The notes: generated by a model from the letters alone, not told the origin. DNA of 64,000 nt from Lingula anatina (GCA_051362555.1 CM120640.1:38149967-38213966), one strand, 5' to 3'. Counted from the stretch's first letter, positions 34,001-49,000 are shown. Numbers and translations are program-made.

Positions 34001-37000
34001 GCTAGAATTGGGGGCCTTGATGAAGTGACCCGGGCGCGTTTCCACATTTTTTATGAATGACAGGTGTGGTAGATTGATTTTCGTCACTTTTAGGAAAAAT
34101 CAGAGACGGGTCGATTTTTGGTGATTTTGAGTGATTTTGATCAGTGCCGGCACTGTGAGATTTCTTCAATTTTGGCCAGGTAGGGATGAAATTTTTTTTC
34201 TTCGTTATAGTGTCAGGTAGGTGTGTTCGGTCATTTGTAGTAAGAATAAAGTGCTGGAAGAGTGGTGGTGTCATCATTAAGGAAGAAATAGAGCAAAAAC
34301 TGTGTCTCCCCCCCCCCCCCTCTCAGATTCTGTTCTCAGAGCTCATTTTTGGATCATCTTTAAAGCTAGAATTGGGGGCCTTGATGAAGTGACCCGGGCG
34401 CGTTTCCACATTTTTTATGAATGACAGGTGTGGTAGATTGATTTTCGTCACTTTTTGGAAAAATCTGAGACGGGTCGATTTTTAGTGATTTTGAGTGATT
34501 TTGATCAGTGCCGGCACTGTGAGATTTCTTCAATTTTGGCCATGTAGGGATGAAAAATTTTTTTCTTCGTTATAGTGTCAGGTAGGTGTGTTCGGTCATT
34601 TGTAGTAAGAATAAAGTGCTGGAAGAGTGGTGGTGTCATCATTAAGGAAGAAATAGAGCAAAAACTGTGTCTCCCCCCCCCCCCCCCTCTCAGATTCTGT
34701 TCTCAGAGCTCATTTTTGGATCATCTTTAAAGCTAGAATTGGGGGCCTTGATGAAGTGACCCGGGCGCGTTTCCACATTTTTTATGAATGACAGGTGTGG
34801 TAGATTGATTTTCGTCACTTTTTGGAAAAATCTGAGACGGGTCGATTTTTGGTGATTTTGAGTGATTTTGATCAGTGCCGGCACTGTGAGATTTCTTCAG
34901 TTTTGGCCAGGTAGGGATGAAAAATTTTTTTCTTCGTTATAGTGTCAGGTAGGTGTGTTCGGTCATTTGTAGTAAGAATAAAGTGCTGGAAGAGTGGTGG
35001 TGTCATCATTAAGGAAGAAATAGAGCAAAAACTGTGTCTCCCCCCCCCCCCCCCCTCTCAGATTCTGTTCTCAGAGCTCATTTTTGGATCATCTTTAAAG
35101 CTAGAATTGGGGGCCTTGATGAAGTGACCCGGGCGCGTTTCCACATTTTTTATGAATGACAGGTGTGGTAGATTGATTTTCGTCACTTTTTGGAAAAATC
35201 TGAGACGGGTCGATTTTTGGTGATTTTGAGTGATTTTGATCAGTGCCGGCACTGTGAGATTTCTTCAATTTTGGCCAGGTAGGGATGAAAAATTTTTTTC
35301 TTCGTTATAGTGTCAGGTAGGTGTGTTCGGTCATTTGTAGTAAGAATAAAGTGCTGGAAGAGTGGTGGTGTCATCATTAAGGAAGAAATAGAGCAAAAAC
35401 TGTGTCTCCCCCCCCCCCCCCCCTCTCAGATTCTGTTCTCAGAGCTCATTTTTGGATCATCTTTAAAGCTAGAATTGGGGGCCTTGATGAAGTGACCCGG
35501 GCGCGTTTCCACATTTTTTATGAATGACAGGTGTGGTAGATTGATTTTCGTCACTCATTGGAAAAATCTGAGACGGGTCGATTTTTGGTGATTTTGAGTG
35601 ATTTTGATCAGTGCCGGCACTGTGAGATTTCTTCAATTTTGGCCAGGTAGGGATGAAAAATTTTTTTCTTCGTTATAGTGTCAGGTAGGTGTGTTCGGTC
35701 ATTTGTAATAAGAATAAAGTGCTGGATGAGTGGTGGTGTCATCATTAAGGAAGAAATAGAGCAAAAACTGTGTCTCCCCCCCCCCTCTCAGATTCTGTTC
35801 TCAGAGCTCATTTTTGGATCATCTTTAAAGCTAGAATTGGGGGCCTTGATGAAGTGACCCGGGCGCGTTTCCACATTTTTTATGAATGACAGGTGTGGTA
35901 GATTGATTTTCGTCACTTTTTGGAAAAATCTGAGACGGGTCGATTTTTGGTGATTTTGAGTGATTTTGATCAGTGCCGGCACTGTGAGATTTCTTCAATT
36001 TTGGCCAGGTAGGGATGAAAAATTTTTTTCTTCGTTATAGTGTCAGGTAGGTGTGTTCGGTCATTTGTAGTAAGAATAAAGTGCTGGAAGAGTGGTGGTG
36101 TCATCATTAAGGAAGAAATAGAGCAAAAACTGTGTCTCCCCCCCCCCCTCTCAGATTCTGTTCTCAGAGCTCATTTTTGGATCATCTTTAAAGCTAGAAT
36201 TGGGGGCCTTGATGAAGTGACCCGGGCGCGTTTCCACATTTTTTATGAATGACAGGTGTGGTAGATTGATTTTCGTCACTCATTGGAAAAATCTGAGACG
36301 GGTCGATTTTTGGTGATTTTGAGTGATTTTGATCAGTGCCGGCACTGTGAGATTTCTTCAATTTTGGCCAGGTAGGGATGAAAAATTTTTTTCTTCGTTA
36401 TAGTGTCAGGTAGGTGTGTTCGGTCATTTGTAATAAGAATAAAGTGCTGGATGAGTGGTGGTGTCATCATTAAGGAAGAAATAGAGCAAAAACTGTGTCT
36501 CCCCCCCCCCTCTCAGATTCTGTTCTCAGAGCTCATTTTTGGATCATCTTTAAAGCTAGAATTGGGGGCCTTGATGAAGTGACCCGGGCGCGTTTCCACA
36601 TTTTTTATGAATGACAGGTGTGGTAGATTGATTTTCGTCACTTTTTGGAAAAATCTGAGACGGGTCGATTTTTGGTGATTTTGAGTGATTTTGATCAGTG
36701 CCGGCACTGTGAGATTTCTTCAATTTTGGCCAGGTAGGGATGAAAAATTTTTTTCTTCGTTATAGTGTCAGGTAGGTGTGTTCGGTCATTTGTAGTAAGA
36801 ATAAAGTGCTGGAAGAGTGGTGGTGTCATCATTAAGGAAGAAATAGAGCAAAAACTGTGTCTCCCCCCCCCCCTCTCAGATTCTGTTCTCAGAGCTCATT
36901 TTTGGATCATCTTTAAAGCTAGAATTGGGGGCCTTGATGAAGTGACCCGGGCGCGTTTCCACATTTTTTATGAATGACAGGTGTGGTTGATTGATTTTCG

Positions 37001-40000
37001 TCACTTTTTGTAAAAATCTGAGACGGGTCGATTTTTGGTGATTTTGAGTGATTTTGATCAGTGCCGGCACTGTGAGATTTCTTCAATTTTGGCCAGGTAG
37101 GGATGAAAAATTTTTTTCTTCGTTATAGTGTCAGGTAGGTGTGTTCGGTCATTTGTAGTAAGAATAAAGTGCTGGAAGAGTGGTGGTGTCATCATTAAGG
37201 AAGAAATAGAGCAAAAACTGTGTCTCCCCCCCCCCCTCTCAGATTCTGTTCTCAGAGCTCATTTTTGGATCATCTTTAAAGCTAGAATTGGGGGCCTTGA
37301 TGAAGTGACCCGGGCGCGTTTCCACATTTTTTATGAATGACAGGTGTGGTAGATTGATTTTCGTCACTTTTTGGAAAAATCTGAGACGGGTCGATTTTTG
37401 GTGATTTTGAGTGATTTTGATCAGTGCCGGCACTGTGAGATTTCTTCAATTTTGGCCAGGTATGGATGAAAAATTTTTTTCTTTGTTATAGTGTCAGGTA
37501 GGTGTGTTCGGTCATTTGTAGTAAGAATAAAGTGCTGGAAGAGTGGTGGTGTCATCATTAAGGAAGAAATAGAGCAAAAACTGTGTCTCCCCCCCCCTCT
37601 CAGATTCTGTTCTCAGAGCTCATTTTTGGATCATCTTTAAAGCTAGAATTGGGGGCCTTGATGAAGTGACCCGGGCGCGTTTCCACATTTTTTATGAATG
37701 ACAGGTGTGGTAGATTGATTTTCGTCACTTTTTGGAAAAATCTGAGACGGGTCGATTTTTGGTGATTTTGAGTGATTTTGATCAGTGCCGGCACTGTGAG
37801 ATTTCTTCAATTTTGGCCAGGTAGGGATGAAAAATTTTTTTCTTCGTTATAGTGTCAGGTAGGTGTGTTCGGTCATTTGTAGTAAGAATAAAGTGCTGGA
37901 AGAGTGGTGGTGTCATCATTAAGGAAGAAATAGAGCAAAAACTGTGTCTCCCCCCCCCCCTCTCAGATTCTGTTCTCAGAGCTCATTTTTGGATCATCTT
38001 TAAAGCTAGAATTGGGGGCCTTGATGAAGTGACCCGGGCGCGTTTCCACATTTTTTATGAATGACAGGTGTGGTAGATTGATTTTCGTCACTTTTTGGAA
38101 AAATCTGAGACGGGTCGATTTTTGGTGATTTTGAGTGATTTTGATCAGTGCCGGCACTGTGAGATTTCTTCAATTTTGGCCAGGTAGGGATGAAAAATTT
38201 TTTTCTTCGTTATAGTGTCAGGTAGGTGTGTTCGGTCATTTGTAGTAAGAATAAAGTGCTGGAAGAGTGGTGGTGTCATCATTAAGGAAGAAATAGAGCA
38301 AAAACTGTGTCTCCCCCCCCCCCTCTCAGATTCTGTTCTCAGAGCTCATTTTTGGATCATCTTTAAAGCTAGAATTGGGGGCCTTGATGAAGTGACCCGG
38401 GCGCGTTTCCACATTTTTTATGAATGACAGGTGTGGTAGATTGATTTTCGTCACTTTTTGGAAAAATCTGAGACGGTTCGATTTTTGGTGATTTTGATCA
38501 GTGCCGGCACTGTGAGATTTCTTCAATTTTGGCCAGGTAGGGATGAAAAATTTTTTTCTTCGTTATAGTGTCAGGTAGGTGTGTTCGGTCATTTGTAGTA
38601 AGAATAAAGTGCTGGAAGAGTGGTGGTGTCATCATTAAGGAAGAAATAGAGCTAAAACTGTGTCTCCCCCCCCCCCCTCTCAGATTCTGTTCTCAGAGCT
38701 CATTTTTGGATCATCTTTAAAGCTAGAATTGGGGGCCTTGATGAAGTGACCCGGGCGCGTTTCCACATTTTTTATGAATGACAGGTGTGGTAGATTGATT
38801 TTCGTCACTTTTTGGAAAAATCTGAGACGGGTCGATTTTTGGTGATTTTGAGTGATTTTGATCAGTGCCGGCACTGTGAGATTTCTTCAATTTTGGCCAG
38901 GTAGGGATGAAAAATTTTTTTCTTCGTTATAGTGTCAGGTAGGTGTGTTCGGTCATTTGTAGTAAGAATAAAGTGCTGGAAGAGTGGTGGTGTCATCATT
39001 AAGGAAGAAATAGAGCAAAAACTGTGTCTCCCCCCCCCCCCCCCTCTCAGATTCTGTTCTCAGAGCTCATTTTTGGATCATCTTTAAAGCTAGAATTGGG
39101 GGCCTTGATGAAGTGACCCGGGCGCGTTTCCATATTTTTTATGAATGACAGGTGTGGTAGATTGATTTTCGTCACTTTTTGGAAAAATCTGAGACGGGTC
39201 GATTTTTGGTGATTTTGAGTGATTTTGATCAGTGCCGGCACTGTGAGATTTCTTCAATTTTGGCCAGGTAGGGATGAAAAATTTTTTTCTTCGTTATAGT
39301 GTCAGGTAGGTGTGTTCGGTCATTTGTAGTAAGAATAAAGTGTTGGAAGAGTGGTGGTGTCATCATTAAGGAAGAAATAGAGCAAAAACTGTGTCTCCCC
39401 CCCCCCCCCCCCTCTCAGATTCTGTTCTCAGAGCTCATTTTTGGATCATCTTTAAAGCTAGAATTGGGGGCCTTGATGAAGTGACCCGGGCGCGTTTCCA
39501 CATTTTTTATGAATGACAGGTGTGGTAGATTGATTTTCGTCACTTTTTGGAAAAATCTGAGACGGGTCGATTTTTGGTGATTTTGAGTGATTTTGATCAG
39601 TGCCGGCACTGTGAGATTTCTTCAATTTTGGCCAAGTAGGGATGAAAAATTTTTTTCTTCGTTATAGTGTCAGGTAGGTGTGTTCGGTCATTTGTAGTAA
39701 GAATAAAGTGCTGGAAGAGTGGTGGTTTCATCATTAAGGAAGAAATAGAGCAAAAACTGTGTCTCCCCCCCCCCCCCCTCTCAGATTCTGTTCTCAGAGC
39801 TCATTTTTGGATCATCTTTAAAGCTAGAATTGGGGGCCTTGATGAAGTGACCCGGGCGCGTTTCCACATTTTTTATGAATGACAGGTGTGGTAGATTGAT
39901 TTTCGTCACTTTTTGGAAAAATCTGAGACGGGTCGATTTTTGGTGATTTTGAGTGATTTTGATCAGTGCCGGCACTGTGAGATTTCTTCAATTTTGGCCA

Positions 40001-43000
40001 GGTAGGGATGAAAAATTTTTTTCTTCGTTATAGTGTCAGGTAGGTGTGTTCGGTCATTTGTAGTAAGAATAAAGTGCTGGAAGAGTGGTGGTGTCATCAT
40101 TAAGGAAGAAATAGAGCAAAAACTGTGTCCCCCCCCCCCTCTCAGATTCTGTTCTCAGAGCTCATTTTTGGATCATCTTTAAAGCTAGAATTGGGGGCCT
40201 TGATGAAGTGACCCGGGCGCGTTTCCACATTTTTTATGAATGACAGGTGTGGTAGATTGATTTTCGTCACTTTTTGGAAAAATCTGAGACGGGTCGATTT
40301 TTGGTGATTTTGAGTGATTTTGATCAGTGCCGGCACTGTGAGATTTCTTCAATTTTGGCCAGGTATGGATGAAAAATTTTTTTCTTTGTTATAGTGTCAG
40401 GTAGGTGTGTTCGGTCATTTGTAGTAAGAATAAAGTGCTGGAAGAGTGGTGGTGTCATCATTAAGGAAGAAATAGAGCAAAAACTGTGTCTCCCCCCCCC
40501 CTCTCAGATTCTGTTCTCAGAGCTCATTTTTGGATCATCTTTAAAGCTAGAATTGGGGGCCTTGATGAAGTGACCCGGGCGCGTTTCCACATTTTTTATG
40601 AATGACAGGTGTGGTAGATTGATTTTCGTCACTTTTTGGAAAAATCTGAGACGGGTCGATTTTTGGTGATTTTGAGTGATTTTGATCAGTGCCGGCACTG
40701 TGAGATTTCTTCAATTTTGGCCAGGTAGGGATGAAAAATTTTTTTCTTCGTTATAGTGTCAGGTAGGTGTGTTCGGTCATTTGTAGTAAGAATAAAGTGC
40801 TGGAAGAGTGGTGGTGTCATCATTAAGGAAGAAATAGAGCAAAAACTGTGTCTCCCCCCCCCCCTCTCAGATTCTGTTCTCAGAGCTCATTTTTGGATCA
40901 TCTTTAAAGCTAGAATTGGGGGCCTTGATGAAGTGACCCGGGCGCGTTTCCACATTTTTTATGAATGACAGGTGTGGTAGATTGATTTTCGTCACTTTTT
41001 GGAAAAATCTGAGACGGGTCGATTTTTGGTGATTTTGAGTGATTTTGATCAGTGCCGGCACTGTGAGATTTCTTCAATTTTGGCCAGGTAGGGATGAAAA
41101 ATTTTTTTCTTCGTTATAGTGTCAGGTAGGTGTGTTCGGTCATTTGTAGTAAGAATAAAGTGCTGGAAGAGTGGTGGTGTCATCATTAAGGAAGAAATAG
41201 AGCAAAAACTGTGTCTCCCCCCCCCCTCTCAGATTCTGTTCTCAGAGCTCATTTTTGGATCATCTTTAAAGCTAGAATTGGGGGCCTTGATGAAGTGACC
41301 CGGGCGCGTTTCCACATTTTTTATGAATGACAGGTGTGGTAGATTGATTTTCGTCACTTTTTGGAAAAATCTGAGACGGTTCGATTTTTGGTGATTTTGA
41401 GTGATTTTGATCAGTGCCGGCACTGTGAGATTTCTTCAATTTTGGCCAGGTAGGGATGAAAAATTTTTTTCTTCGTTATAGTGTCAGGTAGGTGTGTTCG
41501 GTCATTTGTAGTAAGAATAAAGTGCTGGAAGAGTGGTGGTGTCATCATTAAGGAAGAAATAGAGCTAAAACTGTGTCTCCCCCCCCCCCTCTCAGATTCT
41601 GTTCTCAGAGCTCATTTTTGGATCATCTTTAAAGCTAGAATTGGGGGCCTTGATGAAGTGACCCGGGCGCGTTTCCACATTTTTTATGAATGACAGGTGT
41701 GGTAGATTGATTTTCGTCACTTTTTGGAAAAATCTGAGACGGGTCGATTTTTGGTGATTTTGAGTGATTTTGATCAGTGCCGGCACTGTGAGATTTCTTC
41801 AATTTTGGCCAGGTAGGGATGAAAAATTTTTTTCTTCGTTATAGTGTCAGGTAGGTGTGTTCGGTCATTTGTAGTAAGAATAAAGTGCTGGAAGAGTGGT
41901 GGTGTCATCATTAAGGAAGAAATAGAGCAAAAACTGTGTCTCCCCCCCCCCCCCCCCTCTCAGATTCTGTTCTCAGAGCTCATTTTTGGATCATCTTTAA
42001 AGCTAGAATTGGGGGCCTTGATGAAGTGACCCGGGCGCGTTTCCATATTTTTTATGAATGACAGGTGTGGTAGATTGATTTTCGTCACTTTTTGGAAAAA
42101 TCTGAGACGGGTCGATTTTTGGTGATTTTGAGTGATTTTGATCAGTGCCGGCACTGTGAGATTTCTTCAATTTTGGCCAGGTAGGGATGAAAAATTTTTT
42201 TCTTCGTTATAGTGTCAGGTAGGTGTGTTCGGTCATTTGTAGTAAGAATAAAGTGTTGGAAGAGTGGTGGTGTCATCATTAAGGAAGAAATAGAGCAAAA
42301 ACTGTGTCTCCCCCCCCCCCTCTCAGATTCTGTTCTCAGAGCTCATTTTTGGATCATCTTTAAAGCTAGAATTGGGGGCCTTGATGAAGTGACCCGGGCG
42401 CGTTTCCACATTTTTTATGAATGACAGGTGTGGTAGATTGATTTTCGTCACTTTTTGGAAAAATCTGAGACGGGTCGATTTTTGGTGATTTTGAGTGATT
42501 TTGATCAGTGCCGGCACTGTGAGATTTCTTCAATTTTGGCCAAGTAGGGATGAAAAATTTTTTTCTTCGTTATAGTGTCAGGTAGGTGTGTTCGGTCATT
42601 TGTAGTAAGAATAAAGTGCTGGAAGAGTGGTGGTTTCATCATTAAGGAAGAAATAGAGCAAAAACTGTGTCTCCCCCCCCCCCCCCCTCTCAGATTCTGT
42701 TCTCAGAGCTCATTTTTGGATCATCTTTAAAGCTAGAATTGGGGGCCTTGATGAAGTGACCCGGGCGCGTTTCCACATTTTTTATGAATGACAGGTGTGG
42801 TAGATTGATTTTCGTCACTTTTTGGAAAAATCTGAGACGGGTCGATTTTTGGTGATTTTGAGTGATTTTGATCAGTGCCGGCACTGTGAGATTTCTTCAA
42901 TTTTGGCCAGGTAGGGATGAAAAATTTTTTTCTTCGTTATAGTGTCAGGTAGGTGTGTTCGGTCATTTGTAGTAAGAATAAAGTGCTGGAAGAGTGGTGG

Positions 43001-46000
43001 TGTCATCATTAAGGAAGAAATAGAGCAAAAACTGTGTCCCCCCCCCCTCTCAGATTCTGTTCTCAGAGCTCATTTTTGGATCATCTTTAAAGCTAGAATT
43101 GGGGGCCTTGATGAAGTGACCCGGGCGCGTTTCCACATTTTTTATGAATGACAGGTGTGGTAGATTGATTTTCGTCACTTTTTGGAAAAATCTGAGACGG
43201 GTCGATTTTTGGTGATTTTGAGTGATTTTGATCAGTGCCGGCACTGTGAGATTTCTTCAATTTTGGCCAGGTAGGGATGAAAAATTTTTTTCTTCGTTAT
43301 AGTGTCAGGTAGGTGTGTTCGGTCATTTGTAGTAAGAATAAAGTGCTGGAAGAGTGGTGGTGTCATCATTAAGGAAGAAATAGAGCAAAAACTGTGTCTC
43401 CCCCCCCCCCTCTCAGATTCTGTTCTCAGAGCTCATTTTTGGATCATCTTTAAAGCTAGAATTGGGGGCCTTGATGAAGTGACCCGGGCGCGTTTCCATA
43501 TTTTTTATGAATGACAGGTGTGGTAGATTGATTTTCGTCACTTTTTGGAAAAATCTGAGATGGGTCGATTTTTGGTGATTTTGAGTGATTTTGATCAGTG
43601 CCGGCACTGTGAGATTTCTTCAATTTTGGCCAGGTAGGGATGAAAAATTTTTTTCTTCGTTATAGTGTCAGGTAGGTGTGTTCGGTCATTTGTAGTAAGA
43701 ATAAAGTGTTGGAAGAGTGGTGGTGTCATCATTAAGGAAGAAATAGAGCAAAAACTGTGTCTCCCCCCCCCCCCTCTCAGATTCTGTTCTCAGAGCTCAT
43801 TTTTGGATCATCTTTAAAGCTAGAATTGGGGGCCTTGATGAAGTGACCCGGGCGCGTTTCCACATTTTTTATGAATGACAGGTGTGGTAGATTGATTTTC
43901 GTCACTTTTTGGAAAAATCTGAGACGGGTCGATTTTTGGTGATTTTGAGTGATTTTGATCAGTGCCGGCACTGTGAGATTTCTTCAATTTTGGCCAGGTA
44001 GGGATGAAAAATTTTTTTTTCGTTATAGTGTCAGGTAGGTGTGTTCGGTCATTTGTAGTAAGAATAAAGTGCTGGAAGAGTGGTGGTGTCATCATTAAGG
44101 AAGAAATAGAGCAAAAACTGTGTCTCCCCCCCCCCCCCCCCCCCTCTCAGATTCTGTTCTCAGAGCTCATTTTTGGATCATCTTTAAAGCTAGAATTGGG
44201 GGCCTTGATGAAGTGACCCGGGCGCGTTTCCATATTTTTTATGAATGACAGGTGTGGTAGATTGATTTTCGTCACTTTTTGGAAAAATCTGAGACGGGTC
44301 GATTTTTGGTGATTTTGAGTGATTTTGATCAGTGCCGGCACTGTGAGATTTCTTCAATTTTGGCCAGGTAGGGATGAAAAATTTTTTTCTTCGTTATAGT
44401 GTCAGGTAGGTGTGTTCGGTCATTTGTAGTAAGAATAAAGTGTTGGAAGAGTGGTGGTGTCATCATTAAGGAAGAAATAGAGCAAAAACTGTGTCTCCCC
44501 CCCCCCCTCTCAGATTCTGTTCTCAGAGCTCATTTTTGGATCATCTTTAAAGCTAGAATTGGGGGCCTTGATGAAGTGACCCGGGCGCGTTTCCACATTT
44601 TTTATGAATGACAGGTGTGGTAGATTGATTTTCGTCACTTTTTGGAAAAATCTGAGACGGGTCGATTTTTGGTGATTTTGAGTGATTTTGATCAGTGCCG
44701 GCACTGTGAGATTTCTTCAATTTTGGCCAAGTAGGGATGAAAAATTTTTTTCTTCGTTATAGTGTCAGGTAGGTGTGTTCGGTCATTTGTAGTAAGAATA
44801 AAGTGCTGGAAGAGTGGTGGTTTCATCATTAAGGAAGAAATAGAGCAAAAACTGTGTCTCCCCCCCCCCCCCTCTCAGATTCTGTTCTCAGAGCTCATTT
44901 TTGGATCATCTTTAAAGCTAGAATTGGGGGCCTTGATGAAGTGACCCGGGCGCGTTTCCACATTTTTTATGAATGACAGGTGTGGTAGATTGATTTTCGT
45001 CACTTTTTGGAAAAATCTGAGACGGGTCGATTTTTGGTGATTTTGAGTGATTTTGATCAGTGCCGGCACTGTGAGATTTCTTCAATTTTGGCCAGGTAGG
45101 GATGAAAAATTTTTTTCTTCGTTATAGTGTCAGGTAGGTGTGTTCGGTCATTTGTAGTAAGAATAAAGTGCTGGAAGAGTGGTGGTGTCATCATTAAGGA
45201 AGAAATAGAGCAAAAACTGTGTCCCCCCCCCCCTCTCAGATTCTGTTCTCAGAGCTCATTTTTGGATCATCTTTAAAGCTAGAATTGGGGGCCTTGATGA
45301 AGTGACCCGGGCGCGTTTCCACATTTTTTATGAATGACAGGTGTGGTAGATTGATTTTCGTCACTTTTTGGAAAAATCTGAGACGGGTCGATTTTTGGTG
45401 ATTTTGAGTGATTTTGATCAGTGCTGGCACTGTGAGATTTCTTCAATTTTGGCCAGGTAGGGATGAAAAATTTTTTTCTTCGTTATAGTGTCAGGTAGGT
45501 GTGTTCGGTCATTTGTAGTAAGAATAAAGTGCTGGAAGAGTGGTGGTGTCATCATTAAGGAAGAAATAGAGCAAAAACTGTGTCTCCCCCCCCCCCCCCC
45601 TCTCAGATTCTGTTCTCAGAGCTCATTTTTGGATCATCTTTAAAGCTAGAATTGGGGGCCTTGATGAAGTGACCCGGGCGCGTTTCCACATTTTTTATGA
45701 ATGACAGGTGTGGTAGATTGATTTTCGTCACTTTTTGGAAAAATCTGAGACGGGTCGATTTTTGGTGATTTTGAGTGATTTTGATCAGTGCCGGCACTGT
45801 GAGATTTCTTCAATTTTGGCCAGGTAGGGATGAAAAATTTTTTTCTTCGTTATAGTGTCAGGTAGGTGTGTTCGGTCATTTGTAGTAAGAATAAAGTGCT
45901 GGAAGAGTGGTGGTGTCATCATTAAGGAAGAAATAGAGCAAAAACTGTGTCTCCCCCCCCCCCCCCCTCTCAGATTCTGTTCTCAGAGCTCATTTTTGGA

Positions 46001-49000
46001 TCATCTTTAAAGCTAGAATTGGGGGCCTTGATGAAGTGACCCGGGCGCGTTTCCACATTTTTTATGAATGACAGGTGTGGTAGATTGATTTTCGTCACTT
46101 TTTGGAAAAATCTGAGACGGGTCGATTTTTGGTGATTTTGAGTGATTTTGATCAGTGCCGGCACTGTGAGATTTCTTCAATTTTGGCCAAGTAGGGATGA
46201 AAAATTTTTTTCTTCGTTATAGTGTCAGGTAGGTGTGTTCGGTCATTTGTAGTAAGAATAAAGTGCTGGAAGAGTGGTGGTGTCATCATTAAGGAAGAAA
46301 TAGAGCAAAAACTGTGTCTCCCCCCCCCCCTCTCAGATTCTGTTCTCAGAGCTCATTTTTGGATCATCTTTAAAGCTAGAATTGGGGGCCTTGATGAAGT
46401 GACCCGGGCGCGTTTCCACATTTTTTATGAATGACAGGTGTGGTAGATTGATTTTCGTCACTTTTTGGAAAAATCTGAGACGGGTCGATTTTTGGTGATT
46501 TTGAGTGATTTTGATCAGTGCCGGCACTGTGAGATTTCTTCAATTTTGGCCAAGTAGGGATGAAAAATTTTTTTCTTCGTTATAGTGTCAGGTAGGTGTG
46601 TTCGGTCATTTGTAGTAAGAATAAAGTGCTGGAAGAGTGGTGGTTTCATCATTAAGGAAGAAATAGAGCAAAAACTGTGTCTCCCCCCCCCCCCTCTCAG
46701 ATTCTGTTCTCAGAGCTCATTTTTGGATCATCTTTAAAGCTAGAATTGGGGGCCTTGATGAAGTGACCCGGGCGCGTTTCCACATTTTTTATGAATGACA
46801 GGTGTGGTAGATTGATTTTCGTCACTTTTTGGAAAAATCTGAGACGGGTCGATTTTTGGTGATTTTGAGTGATTTTGATCAGTGCCGGCACTGTGAGATT
46901 TCTTCAATTTTGGCCAGGTAGGGATGAAAAATTTTTTTCTTCGTTATAGTGTCAGGTAGGTGTGTTCGGTCATTTGTAGTAAGAATAAAGTGCTGGAAGA
47001 GTGGTGGTGTCATCATTAAGGAAGAAATAGAGCAAAAACTGTGTCTCCCCCCCCCCTCTCAGATTCTGTTCTCAGAGCTCATTTTTGGATCATCTTTAAA
47101 GCTAGAATTGGGGGCCTTGATGAAGTGACCCGGGCGCGTTTCCACATTTTTTATGAATGACAGGTGTGGTAGATTGATTTTCGTCACTTTTTGGAAAAAT
47201 CTGAGACGGGTCGATTTTTGGTGATTTTGAGTGATTTTGATCAGTGCCGGCACTGTGAGATTTCTTCAATTTTGGCCAGGTAGGGATGAAAAATTTTTTT
47301 CTTCGTTATAGTGTCAGGTAGGTGTGTTCGGTCATTTGTAGTAAGAATAAAGTGCTGGAAGAGTGGTGGTGTCATCATTAAGGAAGAAATAGAGCAAAAA
47401 CTGTGTCTCCCCCCCCCCTCTCAGATTCTGTTCTCAGAGCTCATTTTTGGATCATCTTTAAAGCTAGAATTGGGGGCCTTGATGAAGTGACCCGGGCGCG
47501 TTTCCACATTTTTTATGAATGACAGGTGTGGTAGATTGATTTTCGTCACTTTTTGGAAAAATCTGAGACGGGTCGATTTTTGGTGATTTTGAGTGATTTT
47601 GATCAGTGCCGGCACTGTGAGATTTCTTCAATTTTGGCCAGGTAGGGATGAAAAATTTTTTTCTTCGTTATAGTGTCAGGTAGGTGTGTTCGGTCATTTG
47701 TAGTAAGAATAAAGTGCTGGAAGAGTGGTGGTGTCATCATTAAGGAAGAAATAGAGCAAAAACTGTGTCTCCCCCCCCCCCTCTCAGATTCTGTTCTCAG
47801 AGCTCATTTTTGGATCATCTTTAAAGCTAGAATTGGGGGCCTTGATGAAGTGACCCGGGCGCGTTTCCACATTTTTTATGAATGACAGGTGTGGTAGATT
47901 GATTTTCGTCACTTTTTGGAAAAATCTGAGACGGGTCGATTTTTGGTGATTTTGAGTGATTTTGATCAGTGCCGGCACTGTGAGATTTCTTCAATTTTGG
48001 CCAGGTAGGGATGAAAAATTTTTTTCTTCGTTATAGTGTCAGGTAGGTGTGTTCGGTCATTTGTAGTAAGAATAAAGTGCTGGAAGAGTGGTGGTGTCAT
48101 CATTAAGGAAGAAATAGAGCAAAAACTGTGTCTCCCCCCCCCCTCTCAGATTCTGTTGTCAGAGCTCATTTTTGGATCATCTTTAAAGCTAGAATTGGGG
48201 GCCTTGATGAAGTGACCCGGGCGCGTTTCCACATTTTTTATGAATGACAGGTGTGGTAGATTGATTTTCGTCACTTTTTGGAAAAATCTGAGACGGGTCG
48301 ATTTTTGGTGATTTTGAGTGATTTTGATCAGTGCCGGCACTGTGAGATTTCTTCAATTTTGGCCAGGTAGGGATGAAAAATTTTTTTCTTCGTTATAGTG
48401 TCAGGTAGGTGTGTTCGGTCATTTGTAGTAAGAATAAAGTGCTGGAAGAGTGGTGGTGTCATCATTAAGGAAGAAATAGAGCAAAAACTGTGTCTCCCCC
48501 CCCCCCCTCTCAGATTCTGTTCTCAGAGCTCATTTTTGGATCATCTTTAAAGCTAGAATTGGGGGCCTTGATGAAGTGACCCGGGCGCGTTTCCACATTT
48601 TTTATGAATGACAGGTGTGGTAGATTGATTTTCGTCACTTTTTGGAAAAATCTGAGACGGGTCGATTTTTGGTGATTTTGAGTGATTTTGACCAGTGCCG
48701 GCACTGTGAGATTTCTTCAATTTTGGCCAGGTAGGGATGAAAAATTTTTTTCTTCGTTATAGTGTCAGGTAGGTGTGTTCGGTCATTTGTAGTAAGAATA
48801 AAGTGCTGGAAGAGTGGTGGTGTCATCATTAAGGAAGAAATAGAGCAAAAACTGTGTCTCCCCCCCCCCCCCTCTCAGATTCTGTTCTCAGAGCTCATTT
48901 TTGGATCATCTTTAAAGCTAGAATTGGGGGCCTTGATGAAGTGACCCGGGCGCGTTTCCATATTTTTTATGAATGACAGGTGTGGTAGATTGATTTTCGT

